DNA from: an uncultured bacterium
Lineage (GTDB): Bacteria > Krumholzibacteriota > Krumholzibacteriia > LZORAL124-64-63
Assembly (NCBI GenBank): GCA_963727525.1
Contig: CAVSGO010000007.1
Span: 480,001 to 544,000 of the forward strand
Length of the DNA stretch: 64,000 bases
Direction of reading: 5' to 3'
A model generated the notes under the pieces. That model had not been told where the DNA came from. It made no database searches and saw only the letters and a program-made list of their open reading frames with translations. This document shows, piece by piece, positions 35,269-46,892 of this stretch (position 1 is its first letter; each line of letters starts with the position of its first letter). Made by a program: the position numbers and the translations under genes.

Positions 35269-36618
35269 ATGAGGCCGACCTTCCGCCATTCTGCGCCGAC
35301 TCTGGCGACAGCTACCCTCGTGCTGGTATGCCTTGCGGTGCCTGCTCGTCAGGCTGCCGCCGGGCGGACTAACACGCCGCAGGTGCTGCGCATACGCCAC
35401 TTCTCCGCGCCCGATCATACCCGCATCGTGCTGGATCTGAGCGCGCCGGCGACCTTCGAGGTCCGCCCGGTGCATGAACCAGAACGTCTCGCGATCAACG
35501 TGCAGGGGGCGGGTTTCGTGGCCGCCGACGCGATCGCGATCAGGGACGGACTGGTCGAGCGCGTGCGTTGCAACCCAGGCCATTCGCGGGCGCAGGTGGT
35601 GCTGGATCTCGCCTACCGGACCCATCACCGGGCATTCAAGCTCGCCGCGGAAGATGGTCTCAACGATCGCATCGTCATCGATATCTTCCGGGCCAGCGGC
35701 GATGCCTCGCAGAAGGAGCCGCAGCCTCCCACGCCACCGGCGCAGGCGATCCGACCCTTCCGCGTGGTCCTCGATCCCGGCCATGGCGGTCTCGATCCGG
35801 GTGCTGTGCGCGCCGGCATCCGCGAGAAGGACATCGCGCTCGCCGTGAGCCTCGAGGTCGCGAAATTCCTGGGCGATCTTCCAGGGTACGAGGTCGTGTT
35901 GACGCGCTCGCGCGACTACTATCCGAGCCTGGGTCGACGCGTGGAGATCGCCCGGGAGCAGAAGGGCGATCTGTTCCTGTCGATCCACTGCAATACCCAT
36001 GCACGCGCCTCGGTGGGGGGCATGGAGGTCTATTTCCTCTCGCTTCAAGGCGCGACCGATCGCGAGGCTCAGGAACTGGCCGATCAGGAGAACGCGGCCG
36101 ACCTCGTGGGCCTCGCCCCCGGGGATGCGCGCGAGGATGCGGTGCTCTCGATCCTGATGGATCTGCGCATGACCCAGGTGCTCCAGCAATCGAGCCGTCT
36201 CGCCGAGAGCATGCTAGGCGCGGCGTCGCGCGCGGGTTTGCCGACGCGCAAGGTGAAGCAGGCGCGGTTCCAGGTGCTGCGCACGCTGGCCATGCCGGCG
36301 GCGCTGGTGGAGATGGCGTACCTCACCAATACCACGGATCGCCGGCTCCTGGCCGGCGCCGACGGACAGCACCGGATGGCCGCGGCGATCGTGGCGGGGG
36401 TGCTCGACTATCGGCGCGATCGCGACACGCTGGCGGGTCTGTTCCCGGCGTCGACCTGGTCGCAGCGCTACCGGGTCCAGCGCGGCGACAATCTCTGGGT
36501 CCTCGCGAAACGTCACGGGACGACGGTGGCGGAGATCACGAAGCACAACAACCTTGCGTCCACGTCGCTGCGCGTGGGGCAGCATCTGCAACTCCCGCAA
36601 GAGCGACCCGCGCCATGA
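35269..36618 (+). CDS. N-acetylmuramoyl-L-alanine amidase (AMIN + Amidase_3 + LysM)
   Basis: HTRIVLDL (AMIN), LDPGHGG.DPGA, REKDI, LSIHCN, ALVEMAY, YRVQRGDNLWVLAKRHG (LysM). Confidence 0.93.
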   Translation: MRPTFRHSAPTLATATLVLVCLAVPARQAAAGRTNTPQVLRIRHFSAPDHTRIVLDLSAPATFEVRPVHEPERLAINVQGAGFVAADAIAIRDGLVERVRCNPGHSRAQVVLDLAYRTHHRAFKLAAEDGLNDRIVIDIFRASGDASQKEPQPPTPPAQAIRPFRVVLDPGHGGLDPGAVRAGIREKDIALAVSLEVAKFLGDLPGYEVVLTRSRDYYPSLGRRVEIAREQKGDLFLSIHCNTHARASVGGMEVYFLSLQGATDREAQELADQENAADLVGLAPGDAREDAVLSILMDLRMTQVLQQSSRLAESMLGAASRAGLPTRKVKQARFQVLRTLAMPAALVEMAYLTNTTDRRLLAGADGQHRMAAAIVAGVLDYRRDRDTLAGLFPASTWSQRYRVQRGDNLWVLAKRHGTTVAEITKHNNLASTSLRVGQHLQLPQERPAP

Positions 36619-37559
36619 AGAACCTGGGCCTGAGGATCGCGTGCCTCGTCGCTGCCGTGATCATCTGGGTGCAGGTTGCCTCGACCACGATCATCGAAGC
36701 CGATGTGGCCTTGCCGCTGGAGGTCGCGAACCTTGGTACGGGCCTCACCGTGGCCGGCAATGCCCTACCCGCCCAGGCGGAGGTACGGCTGCGGGCAAGC
36801 AAGCTGCGGGTGTTCGCCCACAAGTATCTGCACCGGCCACTCGGGAGCGTTCAGCTCGATCTGGCGGACCGCCAGCCCGGGCCGCCGTTCCTCTACGAGA
36901 TCCACCCCCGCGACGCGCACACGGAACAGGAGGTCGTGGGCATCCTGGCTCCCATGCGCCTGCCGATCCGACTCGACCACCAGCTCGCCCGTCGCCTCGT
37001 CGTGCAGGTCGCGACGTCGGGGGCCGTGGCAGCGGGGCGGACCCTGCTGGACCAGCCAACCGCCCAGCCCGACTCGGTGACGGTGACCGGACCGGAGCGT
37101 TTCTTCCGCGGTGTGGAGGAGGTGCGCACCGTGGCGCTGTCGCTGAACCAGATCAACGGCCGTGAGACACGAATGCTTGCCCTCGTTCCGCCGCATGCGA
37201 GCCTCGTGCCGGAGGTGAGCAAGGTACAAGTCTCCGTCACCGTGGCCACGCTCGAGGAGCGGATCCTGGCGAACGTGCCGGTCATTCCCCTGGTCGACGC
37301 GGGGCAGGCGGACGTCGCCGTGTCGCCACCGGTGTGCGACGTGCTGGTGGAAGGTCCCGCCGACTCGGTGAAGGCCCTCGTGCCGGCCGATCTGGCGGTG
37401 ACCATCCCGTTGAACGGGCTGGAGCACGGCATGCACAACATCCGTGGCGACGTGGATCATCCGGCATGGGTCACCAAGATCTCCCTCGATCCTGCCACGT
37501 TCCTCGTGATCATCGGCGATGCCGATGCCGCCAACGTGTCCGGGGGCAAGAGAGAATGA
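36615..37559 (+). CDS. YbbR/CdaR-like membrane protein
   Basis: MKNLGLRIACLVAAVIIWVQV N-terminal anchor; PDSVTVTGP and PPVCDVLVEGP YbbR-repeat motifs; overlaps the amidase stop (ATGA). Confidence 0.8.
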   Translation: MKNLGLRIACLVAAVIIWVQVASTTIIEADVALPLEVANLGTGLTVAGNALPAQAEVRLRASKLRVFAHKYLHRPLGSVQLDLADRQPGPPFLYEIHPRDAHTEQEVVGILAPMRLPIRLDHQLARRLVVQVATSGAVAAGRTLLDQPTAQPDSVTVTGPERFFRGVEEVRTVALSLNQINGRETRMLALVPPHASLVPEVSKVQVSVTVATLEERILANVPVIPLVDAGQADVAVSPPVCDVLVEGPADSVKALVPADLAVTIPLNGLEHGMHNIRGDVDHPAWVTKISLDPATFLVIIGDADAANVSGGKRE

Positions 37560-38491
37560 CGCAGGCACCTGCTCCGCGGGAGCCGTCGCGGCGCATGCCC
37601 CGGGCGACATCGGCGTTGCTGGCCGCGGCGGCCGTGCTCTTGCTCGCCATCCTGGCCCTGGTCTGGCCGCCGCAAGGGGCCCGGGACGGGGGGACCCTGC
37701 TCGTACTCGACGGTACGGCCGGGCCCCGGCTACGCCAGGTCTACCAGCCGCTGGCGCAGTACTGCGGCGAGTTGCTCGGCGAGGATCTGGACGTTGATGT
37801 GGTGACGACGCGTGACGCATTCGTCACCGCGGCGCCGCGCGCGGTCGTACTCCTGTGTCCCGACGCCGTGGCCTTCGCCGTGAGTGCGGCTCAGTTCGAA
37901 CCACTGGCCGTGGGGCGTCGGCGCGCGCCGCAGAACCTGAGGCCGTGCTCGGTGCTGGTCAGTCGTCGGGCGGCCGGGCTCGTGAAGCAACCCTGGCTCG
38001 CCGCTCCCCGGCGCACCGTCTTCGGCGACTCGCTCTCCCTCGTGTGCCTGGTTCCGCTGTGTGTGGACGGCGGCCGTGCGCGCCTGCCGGCCGGCGTGGT
38101 CTGCGGCGACGACCCTTACGATCATCGTGCCGTCTTGCAGGCGTTGGTCCTTGGCGCCTTCGACTACGCCGTCGTGCGCCAGTGGACGGCGGAGACCTAC
38201 CAGGAGGCCGGGCGCCTGCCGGTGTCCGAGTGGGAGGTGCGCCGCCTCAGCGAGCCGTTGCCCGACATCGTCCTGCTGGCCAATCGCGAGGTGCCGGCCG
38301 GTCGACGGCTGGCGTTGCGGGAGGGGTTGGTGACGCTCGGGCGACGTCCGGGGGAGACAACAGTTGCGGCGCAGGTGGCACGAGCGGCGCTCGTCGGGAT
38401 GGACCTGGACGGCTTCAATCTCCTGATGGAGCCCGACTTCGAGGCCAATCGCCGTCGATTCGGCTCCTGCTGGCCCCGGACCGGCGAATAG
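37556..38491 (+). CDS. PhnD/phosphonate-binding-like periplasmic substrate-binding protein
   Basis: Signal/anchor; YQPLAQYCGELLGE, SVLVSRR, HRAVLQALVLGAFDYAVV, SEPLPD resemble the PhnD/SsuA-type fold. Confidence 0.6.
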   Translation: MTQAPAPREPSRRMPRATSALLAAAAVLLLAILALVWPPQGARDGGTLLVLDGTAGPRLRQVYQPLAQYCGELLGEDLDVDVVTTRDAFVTAAPRAVVLLCPDAVAFAVSAAQFEPLAVGRRRAPQNLRPCSVLVSRRAAGLVKQPWLAAPRRTVFGDSLSLVCLVPLCVDGGRARLPAGVVCGDDPYDHRAVLQALVLGAFDYAVVRQWTAETYQEAGRLPVSEWEVRRLSEPLPDIVLLANREVPAGRRLALREGLVTLGRRPGETTVAAQVARAALVGMDLDGFNLLMEPDFEANRRRFGSCWPRTGE

Positions 38492-38615
38492 TCCATATTG
38501 TGCGGTCCCGTAGGTCCCGTAGGTCGCGCGGTGCTGGGCGGATGGTGGCTCGTCCGCCGCGGTTGTGGTAGGGTGCGGCCGTATGGGAGCGGCTACGCCG
38601 CGAGGAAGGACCGCC

Positions 38616-39890
38616 ATGCAGCTGAAGTACCGCCGGCTCAAGGGAACTCGCGACATCATGCTCGAGGAGGTCGAGCGCTGGCGCTGGTGCGAGGAGCGCT
38701 GGCAGGAAACTCTCTCTCGATACGGATTCGGTGAGATTCGCACGCCGGTGATCGAACCCGTGGATCTGTTCCTGCGGTCCGTGGGTGAGGGCACCGATAT
38801 CGTCGACAAAGAGATGTACGCGTTCGAGACCAAGGGCGGCGAGCAACTCGTGATCCGCCCCGAGATGACGGCCTCTGTGGTGCGGGCGTACCTGGAGAAT
38901 GGATTGACCCGTCAGCCTGGCACGGTGAAGTTCTGGTACATCGCACCGATGTTCCGGCATGATCGACCGCAGGCCGGACGCCTGCGCCAGTTCCACCAGG
39001 TGGGCGTGGAGGCGATCGGTTCGGCGAGTCCGGTCCTGGACGTCGAGGTGATCCAGACGCTGCTGGCGCTCTTCGATGCCGTGGACGCGCCACCGTTGAC
39101 CTTGCTGCTCAACAGCATCGGCTGTCCCGCCTGCCGCCCAGCCTACGTCGACGGACTGCGCAGGTTTCTCGAGGCGCATCTGGCCGAGATCCCGGGCGGG
39201 TTCCAGGCGCGTATCGCGACGAATCCGCTGCGTCTGTACGACGCGAAGGACGATGCGGTGCAGGCCTTGCTGTCGCAGTATCCGCCCATCGTGGCGCACC
39301 TGTGCGATGCCTGCCGCACCCATCACGAGATCGTGAAAGCCACGCTCGCGGGCATGGAGATCGCGTTCGAGGAGGATCCCACCCTGGTACGAGGCCTCGA
39401 TTACTACACGCGCACGACCTTCGAGGTGACGACCCGCACCGACCGCAAGCAGAGCAGCCTCGCTGGCGGCGGACGCTACGACGGCCTCGTCGAGCAATGC
39501 GGGGGGCCGCCCACGCCCGCCATCGGCTTCTCCCTGGGCATCGAGCGCACCCTGCTCTGCCTCGGCGACGAGCCGGTGGACCTGCAACGCAGCCGGCAGT
39601 CGGTGGTGGACGTGTACGTGGCCTGCCATGACGAGGCTGCGCAACGGTACGCCATGGTGGAAGCGGATATCCTGCGCGACATCTGTCGTGTGGAGATCGA
39701 TACGAGTAGCCGCTCGTTGAAGGCGCAGGCCAAGGCTGCGGATCAACGGTGCGCGCGCTTGCTGCTCGTCGCCGGTGAAGCGGAGATCGCGGCCGGCGAG
39801 TTCCAGATGAAGAACCTGGCGACGGGCGAACAGAAGCCCATCGCGAAGGACGAGATCCTGACCGCGGTGCGGGAGGTGCTGGGTCTGTGA
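38616..39890 (+). CDS. hisS: Histidine--tRNA ligase
   Basis: [49 protein letters not shown]. Confidence 0.97.
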   Translation: MQLKYRRLKGTRDIMLEEVERWRWCEERWQETLSRYGFGEIRTPVIEPVDLFLRSVGEGTDIVDKEMYAFETKGGEQLVIRPEMTASVVRAYLENGLTRQPGTVKFWYIAPMFRHDRPQAGRLRQFHQVGVEAIGSASPVLDVEVIQTLLALFDAVDAPPLTLLLNSIGCPACRPAYVDGLRRFLEAHLAEIPGGFQARIATNPLRLYDAKDDAVQALLSQYPPIVAHLCDACRTHHEIVKATLAGMEIAFEEDPTLVRGLDYYTRTTFEVTTRTDRKQSSLAGGGRYDGLVEQCGGPPTPAIGFSLGIERTLLCLGDEPVDLQRSRQSVVDVYVACHDEAAQRYAMVEADILRDICRVEIDTSSRSLKAQAKAADQRCARLLLVAGEAEIAAGEFQMKNLATGEQKPIAKDEILTAVREVLGL

Positions 39891-41677
39891 CCGGGATGAA
39901 TGAAGCGTCGTTGCGAACCCACCGGTGCGGAGAAATCGCCAAGGGGCACGTCGGGCAGGAGGTGAAGCTGGCCGGCTGGGCGGCGCGGGTGCGCAATCTT
40001 GGCGGTGTGCTCTTCGTGGACCTGCGCGATCGCTGGGGCGAGGTGCAGGTCGTCTTCGAGAGCGGCGAGCCGCTGGAGGCGGGCAAGGACATCAAGCTGG
40101 AAGCGGTGCTGGCGGTCCGCGGCACGGTGAGGCCGCGACCCGAGGGCATGGTGAACACCGACAAGGTGACCGGTGCCGTGGAAGTGGTGGTGCACGAGCT
40201 GACCATCCTGAACACGTGCGCGCCGTTGCCGTTCCAGGTGGACCAGGCCGACCGCGCCGGCGAAGAGCTTCGCCTGCGGTACCGGTACATCCAGCTTCGC
40301 CACCCGACGCTCGCGCACAATTTCCAGGTGCGCCACCGGGCCGCGCAGGCGGCGCGTCGGTTCCTGTCGGGTCGCGATTTCCTGGAAGTGGAAACGCCTC
40401 TGCTGATCAAGACCACGCCGGAAGGGGCGCGCGACTACGTCGTGCCCAGTCGGATCCATCCCGGGCAGTTCTACGCGCTACCGCAGTCACCGCAGCTCTA
40501 CAAGCAGATCCTGATGGCCGGCGGTTTCGATCGCTACTTCCAGCTCGCGCGGTGTCTGCGCGACGAGGACCTGCGCAAGGACCGGCAGCCCGAGCATACC
40601 CAGATCGACCTGGAGATGAGCTTCATCAGCGAGCAGGACGTGTACGGCCTGGTCGAGGAGATGATGGTGGCGATCTTCGCCGAGGCGGCAGGCGTCAATC
40701 TGAGCATCCCGTTCCCACGCATCCGCTACGACGAGGCGATGGACCTCTATGGCTCCGACAAGCCCGACCTGCGCTTCGGGTGCCCGATCGAGAATCTCGA
40801 CGAGCTGGTGCCGGGTTGCGGGTTCGGCGTCTTCGAGAACGCCCTCGCCGGCGGCGGCACGGTGCGCTGCTTGCGCGCAGCGGGTCTCGGCGGTTACAGC
40901 CGCAAGCAGGTGGATGAGCTGGAGGCCTTCGTGAAGGCGCGCGGCCTTGCGGGCCTGGCCCGCACCAAGGCCACGACCGAAGGCTTCGATGGCGGTGTCG
41001 CCAAGTTCTTCAGCGCTGACTTCTCGCGCCGTCTCCACGCGCGCCTCGGGTGCCACGATGGTGATCTGATCCTCTTCGGGGCGGGGCCTGTCGCGGTGGT
41101 GAGATCGGCCCTCGGCGACCTGCGACTCGAACTGGCGCGCCAGGCCGGGTGGATCCCGGCCGGCACCTGGGCTCTGGCCTGGGTGCACGACTTTCCGCTC
41201 TTCGAGCAGGATCCGCAGACGGGCGGCTGGGCGGCCTGCCATCACATGTTCACCATGCCGCAAGCGCAGTACGTGGACGTGCTCGAGAAGGATCCCGGCG
41301 CCGTCCGTGCGCAGCTCTACGACCTGGTCTGCAACGGCGTGGAGCTGGGTTCGGGAAGCATCCGTATCCACCGCCGCGACCTGCAAGAGCGCATCTTCCG
41401 CATCGTGGGCATGGCGGAGAGCGAGTATCTGGCGAAGTTCGGCTTCTTCCTGGAGGCCCTCGGCTACGGCGCGCCGCCTCACGGCGGCATCGCACTCGGT
41501 CTCGATCGCATCATCATGCTGCTGACGGGGGCGCCCAGTCTGCGCGAGGTGATCGCGTTCCCGAAGACCACGCTGGCAGCGTCACCTCTCGATGGTGCGC
41601 CGGGACCGATCAGCGAGGACCAGCTGCGCGAGCTGTCCCTCAAGCTCGACCTGCCACCGGAGGACGGCACGGCATGA
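39887..41677 (+). CDS. aspS: Aspartate--tRNA ligase
   Basis: [64 protein letters not shown]. Confidence 0.97.
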   Translation: MTGMNEASLRTHRCGEIAKGHVGQEVKLAGWAARVRNLGGVLFVDLRDRWGEVQVVFESGEPLEAGKDIKLEAVLAVRGTVRPRPEGMVNTDKVTGAVEVVVHELTILNTCAPLPFQVDQADRAGEELRLRYRYIQLRHPTLAHNFQVRHRAAQAARRFLSGRDFLEVETPLLIKTTPEGARDYVVPSRIHPGQFYALPQSPQLYKQILMAGGFDRYFQLARCLRDEDLRKDRQPEHTQIDLEMSFISEQDVYGLVEEMMVAIFAEAAGVNLSIPFPRIRYDEAMDLYGSDKPDLRFGCPIENLDELVPGCGFGVFENALAGGGTVRCLRAAGLGGYSRKQVDELEAFVKARGLAGLARTKATTEGFDGGVAKFFSADFSRRLHARLGCHDGDLILFGAGPVAVVRSALGDLRLELARQAGWIPAGTWALAWVHDFPLFEQDPQTGGWAACHHMFTMPQAQYVDVLEKDPGAVRAQLYDLVCNGVELGSGSIRIHRRDLQERIFRIVGMAESEYLAKFGFFLEALGYGAPPHGGIALGLDRIIMLLTGAPSLREVIAFPKTTLAASPLDGAPGPISEDQLRELSLKLDLPPEDGTA

Positions 41678-42735
41678 GCCGTTCGGGCGGCGACACTCCC
41701 GGGACCAGCGAGGTGCGTTTCGACCTGCACGGTATCGACCAGCTCCGGCTTTGCGGACCGGGCGATGCGCACCTGCGGTACCTGGAGAACCGATTCGACG
41801 GCACGATCTCGGCGCGAGGCGAGCAACTGCGCATCAGCGGACCCCCGGACCAGGTGGCCCGGATGCGCGACCTCGTGAGCGATCTGATGGAGCGCGTACG
41901 GCGCGGTCAGCGCATCGACGAGGTGACGCTAGACTACCTCTGGGCCAGCCACGCTCGCGGCGGCGCGCGCGACACCGATCTCGAGGCCGAGCCGGAGCCT
42001 CTGTTGTTCACGAGCGAGAGCCGTCGCCCGGTGCGCGTGAAGTCGCCGGGGCAGCGACGTTACGTGCAGGCCGTGCGCGATCATGACGTGGTCTTCGCGA
42101 TCGGGCCCGCCGGGACGGGCAAGACCTATCTGGCCGTCGTCCTGGCGCTGGACTATCTCAAGCGCAACCTCGTCGAGCGCGTCCTGCTGGTGCGGCCGGC
42201 GGTGGAGGCCGGCGAACAGCTCGGCTACTTGCCCGGCGACCTCCAGGAGAAGATCAATCCCTACCTGCGACCGCTCTACGACGCCCTCGCCGACATTCTC
42301 GGACCGACGCGGGTCGCGCGTTACGTGGAGGGCGGCGTGGTCGAGGCGTCGCCGCTGGCGTACATGCGCGGGCGTACGCTCAGCAACGCTTTCGTCATCC
42401 TCGACGAGGCGCAGAACACGACGATCGGTCAGATGAAGATGTTCCTGACGCGTCTTGGCTACCAGTCCAAGGCCGTGATCACCGGCGACGTCACGCAGAT
42501 CGATCTGGCGGATCCCGATCGTTCGGGGCTGGTGCGCGCGCAGGAGATCCTGCGCGAGACCGAGGGCGTGGCCATCGTCCGACTGGGCAGTGCCGACACG
42601 CAGCGGCATCCGCTGGTGCGCCGCATCGTCGACGCCTTCGCCGACGCCGAGCAGGCAGCGAACGGCCGGTCGGCGCATGCCCACACGGCGAACGAGCCGG
42701 CGGCCGAATTGCAGCCGGGCGACGAGAGGACGTGA
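41674..42735 (+). CDS. phoH: PhoH family ATPase
   Basis: [45 protein letters not shown]. Confidence 0.95.
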   Translation: MSRSGGDTPGTSEVRFDLHGIDQLRLCGPGDAHLRYLENRFDGTISARGEQLRISGPPDQVARMRDLVSDLMERVRRGQRIDEVTLDYLWASHARGGARDTDLEAEPEPLLFTSESRRPVRVKSPGQRRYVQAVRDHDVVFAIGPAGTGKTYLAVVLALDYLKRNLVERVLLVRPAVEAGEQLGYLPGDLQEKINPYLRPLYDALADILGPTRVARYVEGGVVEASPLAYMRGRTLSNAFVILDEAQNTTIGQMKMFLTRLGYQSKAVITGDVTQIDLADPDRSGLVRAQEILRETEGVAIVRLGSADTQRHPLVRRIVDAFADAEQAANGRSAHAHTANEPAAELQPGDERT

Positions 42736-42739
42736 GACC

Positions 42740-45025
42740 ATGAGCTGGTGGCTGCGTGCGGTATCCCAGCCGCGCAAGCGTCGTGCGGGCAAGGGGAGCG
42801 GATTCGTTTTAAGCGCGTCGGCCCTTGTCGGCGCGCTCGAGGCCAATGAGAAGCGCCATCCCTGGCTATGGCCAGTGGTCGCAGCGGTCCTGGTGACGGC
42901 GCTGCACCTCGTGCTGTTCGCGCCCGTACCCCGGGCGACATCGTTCGGGTTCCCGGTGGCCGGCGGGATCGCGGAGGAGGACATCCGCGCACCCTTCCCG
43001 TTCACAGCGCAGCTCCTGCCACGTGACGTCGAGATGGTGCAGATCGAGAAGGTGCTGGTGGAGCCGCCGGTGCTGCGCCGGGTGGAGGGGCCGCGCGACC
43101 AGGGTGCGGCGTCGCGGCTGTCCGTATTCGGTGCGGCCCTGCGATCGGCCGCGGCGTTGCCGGCCACGGACACCAAGGAGAAAGTGAATCTCCTAGCCGC
43201 GCAGTTCCCATACCTCGACGACCGCGACCTCGAACGCGCCCTCGCCACACCGGATATGCCGCGGTTGCTGGCGGCCATGCAACGCACCGTCACGAGGGTC
43301 ATGCAGGACGGCGTGGCCGACATGCTGCCGCCGGGCAAGTACACGCGCGTGGTGGTGGCGGAACCCACGTCGGAAACGCTGCGCGACCTCTCCGAGGTGA
43401 CGCTGCAGAGCAGGCTGGTCGACCTGCTGCCGGCGAAGCTGCGACAGGAGGGGCTGGCGCCGACCGAGGCGGTATGGGCGGCGTCGCTCCTGCGACAGTT
43501 CACCACGCCCAACTTGATCTATGATCCGGACGAGACGCGTGCCAACCAGGAGCGTGCGCGGGCGTCCGTGTCGACGACCCAGGAGTTCGCGCGCGGCGAG
43601 CGCATCGTCAGCCAGGGCGAGCGCGTGACCGAGCAGGAGGCGGTTTTCCTCGACGCGTTGCGCGCCGCGCTCACCGCCAAGGGCGGTACGGCCAGCCTGG
43701 GCGTGCGCGTCCTGCGCGTGGTGAACCGGACGCTCCTGCTGGCGGTGCTGCTGGGGCTCTTCGGCTGGCTCGCGCGTAGTCATTTCCCCGTCACGTTGCT
43801 GCGCCTGCGCTTTCTGACCGCGCTCACGGCGATGCTCGCCGTGTTCCTGCTCGCTGCGGCTTTCGTGCTGGATCGGGCGGGTCTCGGCATCTTCACTGTC
43901 CCCATCGCCTTCCTCGCGCTCATCGCCACTGTCCTGTTCAAGGAGGGGGCGGGATACGGCATGACGCTCCTGGCCGTGGGGCTGCTTGGCCTGGTTCCGG
44001 AAACCGGCGTGCGCGAGTTGCTGGCGCTGTCCTGGCTGGGGTTGGTGACGGTGGTCGCGGTCCGGCGGATCCAAAAACGGAGCCAGTTCTACCAGATCGT
44101 CAGTCTCCTCTCGGTGCTCTCGGTGGTCTTGCTGGTGCTGGTACGCTGGTCGCAGGGCCACGCGCTCCTGCACCTCGGCGGCGAGTTCCTCGCGGCCGTA
44201 TTTACGCCGGGGCTATCGGTAGCCCTCGCGCTCTTCGTCCTGCCGCTGGTGGAACCGCTGGTCGGCGTGTCGAGCGATCTCACACTGCTCGAACTGTCCG
44301 ATCTCAATCACCCGCTGCTGCAGCGCATGGCCCTCGAGGCTCCAGGAACGTACCATCACAGTCAGGTCGTGAGCCAGCTCGCGGAACAGGCGGCCCGTGC
44401 CATCGACGCAAACGCGCTGCAAGTGCGTGTCGGCGCTCTTTTCCACGACATCGGCAAGATGCAGAAGTCCGAGTACTACGTCGAGAACCAGCGGGCCGGA
44501 TCACACAGCAACAAGCACGATGAGCTGAGCCCCAGCATGAGCGCCCTGATCATCGCGTCGCATGTCAAGGACGGCATCGAACTGGCGCGACGCTGGCGGC
44601 TGCCACAGGACGTGATCGACTTCATTCCGCAGCACCACGGGACTCAGGTGATGGAGTACTTCTACCACAAGGCGCTGGAAGGTGACGGCAATGAGACGGT
44701 GAAGGTGGACGATTTCCGCTATCCTGGCCCGAAGCCGCAGCGGCGCGAGACGGCCGTACTCATGCTGGCCGATGCCGTGGAAGCCGCCACGCGCTCGCTG
44801 CCGAAGCCGACGCCGAGTCGGATCAAGGAGATCACCAAGCAACTCTGCGACAAACGCATGCTCAGCGGCGAGCTGGACGAATGCAATCTGACTCTGAGCG
44901 ATCTCGCGCGGATTCGCGAGGCGTTCATCCCGCTACTGACGGGTATCCACCACGCTCGCATCGCCTATCCTGGTCAGAAGGAGAAGGAAGCCGAGCGCAA
45001 GCCGGAGAGGACGGCCGACGCGTGA
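42740..45025 (+). CDS. 7TM-HD (HDIG) phosphohydrolase, PgpH-like
   Basis: Extracellular 7TMR-HDED region, multiple TM helices, APGTYHHS, HDIGK, HHGT, MLADAVEAA. Confidence 0.92.
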   Translation: MSWWLRAVSQPRKRRAGKGSGFVLSASALVGALEANEKRHPWLWPVVAAVLVTALHLVLFAPVPRATSFGFPVAGGIAEEDIRAPFPFTAQLLPRDVEMVQIEKVLVEPPVLRRVEGPRDQGAASRLSVFGAALRSAAALPATDTKEKVNLLAAQFPYLDDRDLERALATPDMPRLLAAMQRTVTRVMQDGVADMLPPGKYTRVVVAEPTSETLRDLSEVTLQSRLVDLLPAKLRQEGLAPTEAVWAASLLRQFTTPNLIYDPDETRANQERARASVSTTQEFARGERIVSQGERVTEQEAVFLDALRAALTAKGGTASLGVRVLRVVNRTLLLAVLLGLFGWLARSHFPVTLLRLRFLTALTAMLAVFLLAAAFVLDRAGLGIFTVPIAFLALIATVLFKEGAGYGMTLLAVGLLGLVPETGVRELLALSWLGLVTVVAVRRIQKRSQFYQIVSLLSVLSVVLLVLVRWSQGHALLHLGGEFLAAVFTPGLSVALALFVLPLVEPLVGVSSDLTLLELSDLNHPLLQRMALEAPGTYHHSQVVSQLAEQAARAIDANALQVRVGALFHDIGKMQKSEYYVENQRAGSHSNKHDELSPSMSALIIASHVKDGIELARRWRLPQDVIDFIPQHHGTQVMEYFYHKALEGDGNETVKVDDFRYPGPKPQRRETAVLMLADAVEAATRSLPKPTPSRIKEITKQLCDKRMLSGELDECNLTLSDLARIREAFIPLLTGIHHARIAYPGQKEKEAERKPERTADA

Positions 45026-45537
45026 AGTTGCGCCTCGTGGATCGCCGACAGGTCGTGACACCGCCGCCCGTGACCGTGGCACTGCTTGCGGATCTCGTGG
45101 CGCCGACGGGACGCGCGCAGTGGTGGCTCGACCTCGTGCTCGTCGACGACGAGGCGATGGTCGCGCTGAATCGCGAGTACTACGGCGGCGAGGGGCCGAC
45201 CGACGTGCTTTCGTTCAGCTACCTCGAAGCCGTGCTGCCCGACTCGGCGGCGCTGCGGCGAGGCGAAGGCGAGGCGGCCGTCGACCTGGATCTCGGCGAC
45301 GACGCCACGCTGCTGCTCGCGGGCGAGGTCGTCCTGGCCCCGCGTTACATTGCCGAACGCTGCGCGGAGATGGGCTGGGACCTGCCGCGGGAATGGGGGC
45401 TGCTCTTGGTGCACGGCGCTCTGCATGTGCTCGGCTGGGATCACGACGACGACGACGCGCGGGCGCGCATGCGCGCCCGGGAAGCCGCGCTGCTGGCCCG
45501 GCAGGGACTGCCGCACCCGCTGGCGGCGGAGGCATGA
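45022..45537 (+). CDS. ybeY: rRNA maturation endoribonuclease YbeY
   Basis: LNREY, PTDVLSF, HGALHVLGWDH. Confidence 0.9.
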   Translation: MKLRLVDRRQVVTPPPVTVALLADLVAPTGRAQWWLDLVLVDDEAMVALNREYYGGEGPTDVLSFSYLEAVLPDSAALRRGEGEAAVDLDLGDDATLLLAGEVVLAPRYIAERCAEMGWDLPREWGLLLVHGALHVLGWDHDDDDARARMRAREAALLARQGLPHPLAAEA

Positions 45538-46889
45538 CGATCATACCGGCGAACCTGGCAGAAGCGACGAACCTGGCAACCCCGACGAGCCTGGGTACGG
45601 TGGGGCTGGCGGTGGGCGCCTACATCGGCGCAATGCTCATGGCGGGGTTGCTGACGGCCTATTTCCGCGTCAACGGTCTGCACCACAACGGCCTGCTCGA
45701 GGAGGAGCGGCTCGGCAAGGTGTTGCGGGAGTACCTGACGATCTCGCGGCGGTTCCAGATCACCGTTGCGAGCCTCTATCTCCTGTTCACGGTGCTCGGA
45801 CTGCAGGCGGCCGGTCGACTCTACGCCGCGGCCTGGGACGGGCCGTCGGGCTGGCGTTACTACGCGGTGTTCACGCTGCTGGCTCTGGTGGCCTGGACCT
45901 TCGGCGGCGTGCTCTTCAAGCTCATGGCGGCGGGAGTCGCGCTCGGCTACGCCAAGCTCGTCGGCGCGCTGATCTTTCCGCTCACCTGGCTGCTGCGGCC
46001 ATGGGCGGCGTTACTCCTGGGCGTGATGGACCGTCTCGACGACACGCTGTGGGTCGGCGAGGCACAACCGATGCTCTCCGAAGGCGAGATCCGCAGCCTC
46101 ATGCGCCGGGACGAGAACACGGTGGATCTCGATCCGGAAGAGCGCGAGATGATCCACAGCATCTTCGCGTTCCACGATACGGCGGTGCGCGAGATCATGG
46201 TGCCGCGTATCGATGTGGTCGTCTGCGACGTCACCACGCCGCTGGGCGACATCGTCGCCACCGTGAACGACTGTCAGCACTCGCGTATCCCGGTGTACGA
46301 GGGCAGCGTGGACCGCGTGGTCGGCATCCTCTATGCCAAGGATCTCCTCAGCCTCGTCCACGACGGACGCCTCGATCCTGCCGGGCGGACCCTGGCGGAC
46401 CTCGTCCGACCCGCCTATTTCGTACCCGAGAGCAAGAAGATCGACGAGGTGCTCGACGAGTTCCGGTCCAAGCGCATCCACATGGCCGTGGTGATCGACG
46501 AGTACGGCGGCACGGCCGGCCTGGTGACGCTAGAGGACGTGATCGAGGAGATCGTCGGGGAGATCGAGGACGAGTTCGACGAGGAGGAGCGCCTCTACGA
46601 GTGGCTCGATGCGCAGCGGTTGCGCGTGGACGCCAAGATCGACCTCGAGGATCTCGCCGACGTGCTCGGCCTACCGTTGAGCGAGGAAGACGACGAGATC
46701 GCGGAGACGCTCGGCGGCCTCATCTACGAGGCCGCCGGCAACGTGCCGGAACCCGGCGACCGCATCGATCTCGGGCATCTGCAGGTCACAGTGGAATCGG
46801 TGGCCGAGAACCGGATCCGCCAGGTCGTGCTCGAGGCAGCCGCGCCGCTGCCGGGGTACGCGCGACGGACCGAGGCCGGGGGCGATTGA
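45534..46889 (+). CDS. Hemolysin/CNNM (TlyC/CorC) family transporter with CBS pair
   Basis: TM region, VREIMVPR, HSRIPVY, VIDEYGGTAGLVTLEDVIEEIVGEI, CorC_HlyC C-terminal domain. Confidence 0.92.
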   Translation: MTIIPANLAEATNLATPTSLGTVGLAVGAYIGAMLMAGLLTAYFRVNGLHHNGLLEEERLGKVLREYLTISRRFQITVASLYLLFTVLGLQAAGRLYAAAWDGPSGWRYYAVFTLLALVAWTFGGVLFKLMAAGVALGYAKLVGALIFPLTWLLRPWAALLLGVMDRLDDTLWVGEAQPMLSEGEIRSLMRRDENTVDLDPEEREMIHSIFAFHDTAVREIMVPRIDVVVCDVTTPLGDIVATVNDCQHSRIPVYEGSVDRVVGILYAKDLLSLVHDGRLDPAGRTLADLVRPAYFVPESKKIDEVLDEFRSKRIHMAVVIDEYGGTAGLVTLEDVIEEIVGEIEDEFDEEERLYEWLDAQRLRVDAKIDLEDLADVLGLPLSEEDDEIAETLGGLIYEAAGNVPEPGDRIDLGHLQVTVESVAENRIRQVVLEAAAPLPGYARRTEAGGD

Positions 46890-46892
46890 GCC

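Noticed and set aside
38504-38528. Tandem 9-mer GGTCCCGTA x2 plus a partial copy upstream of hisS
   Set aside because: Too short for a CRISPR array or VNTR of note; no spacers or cas genes.
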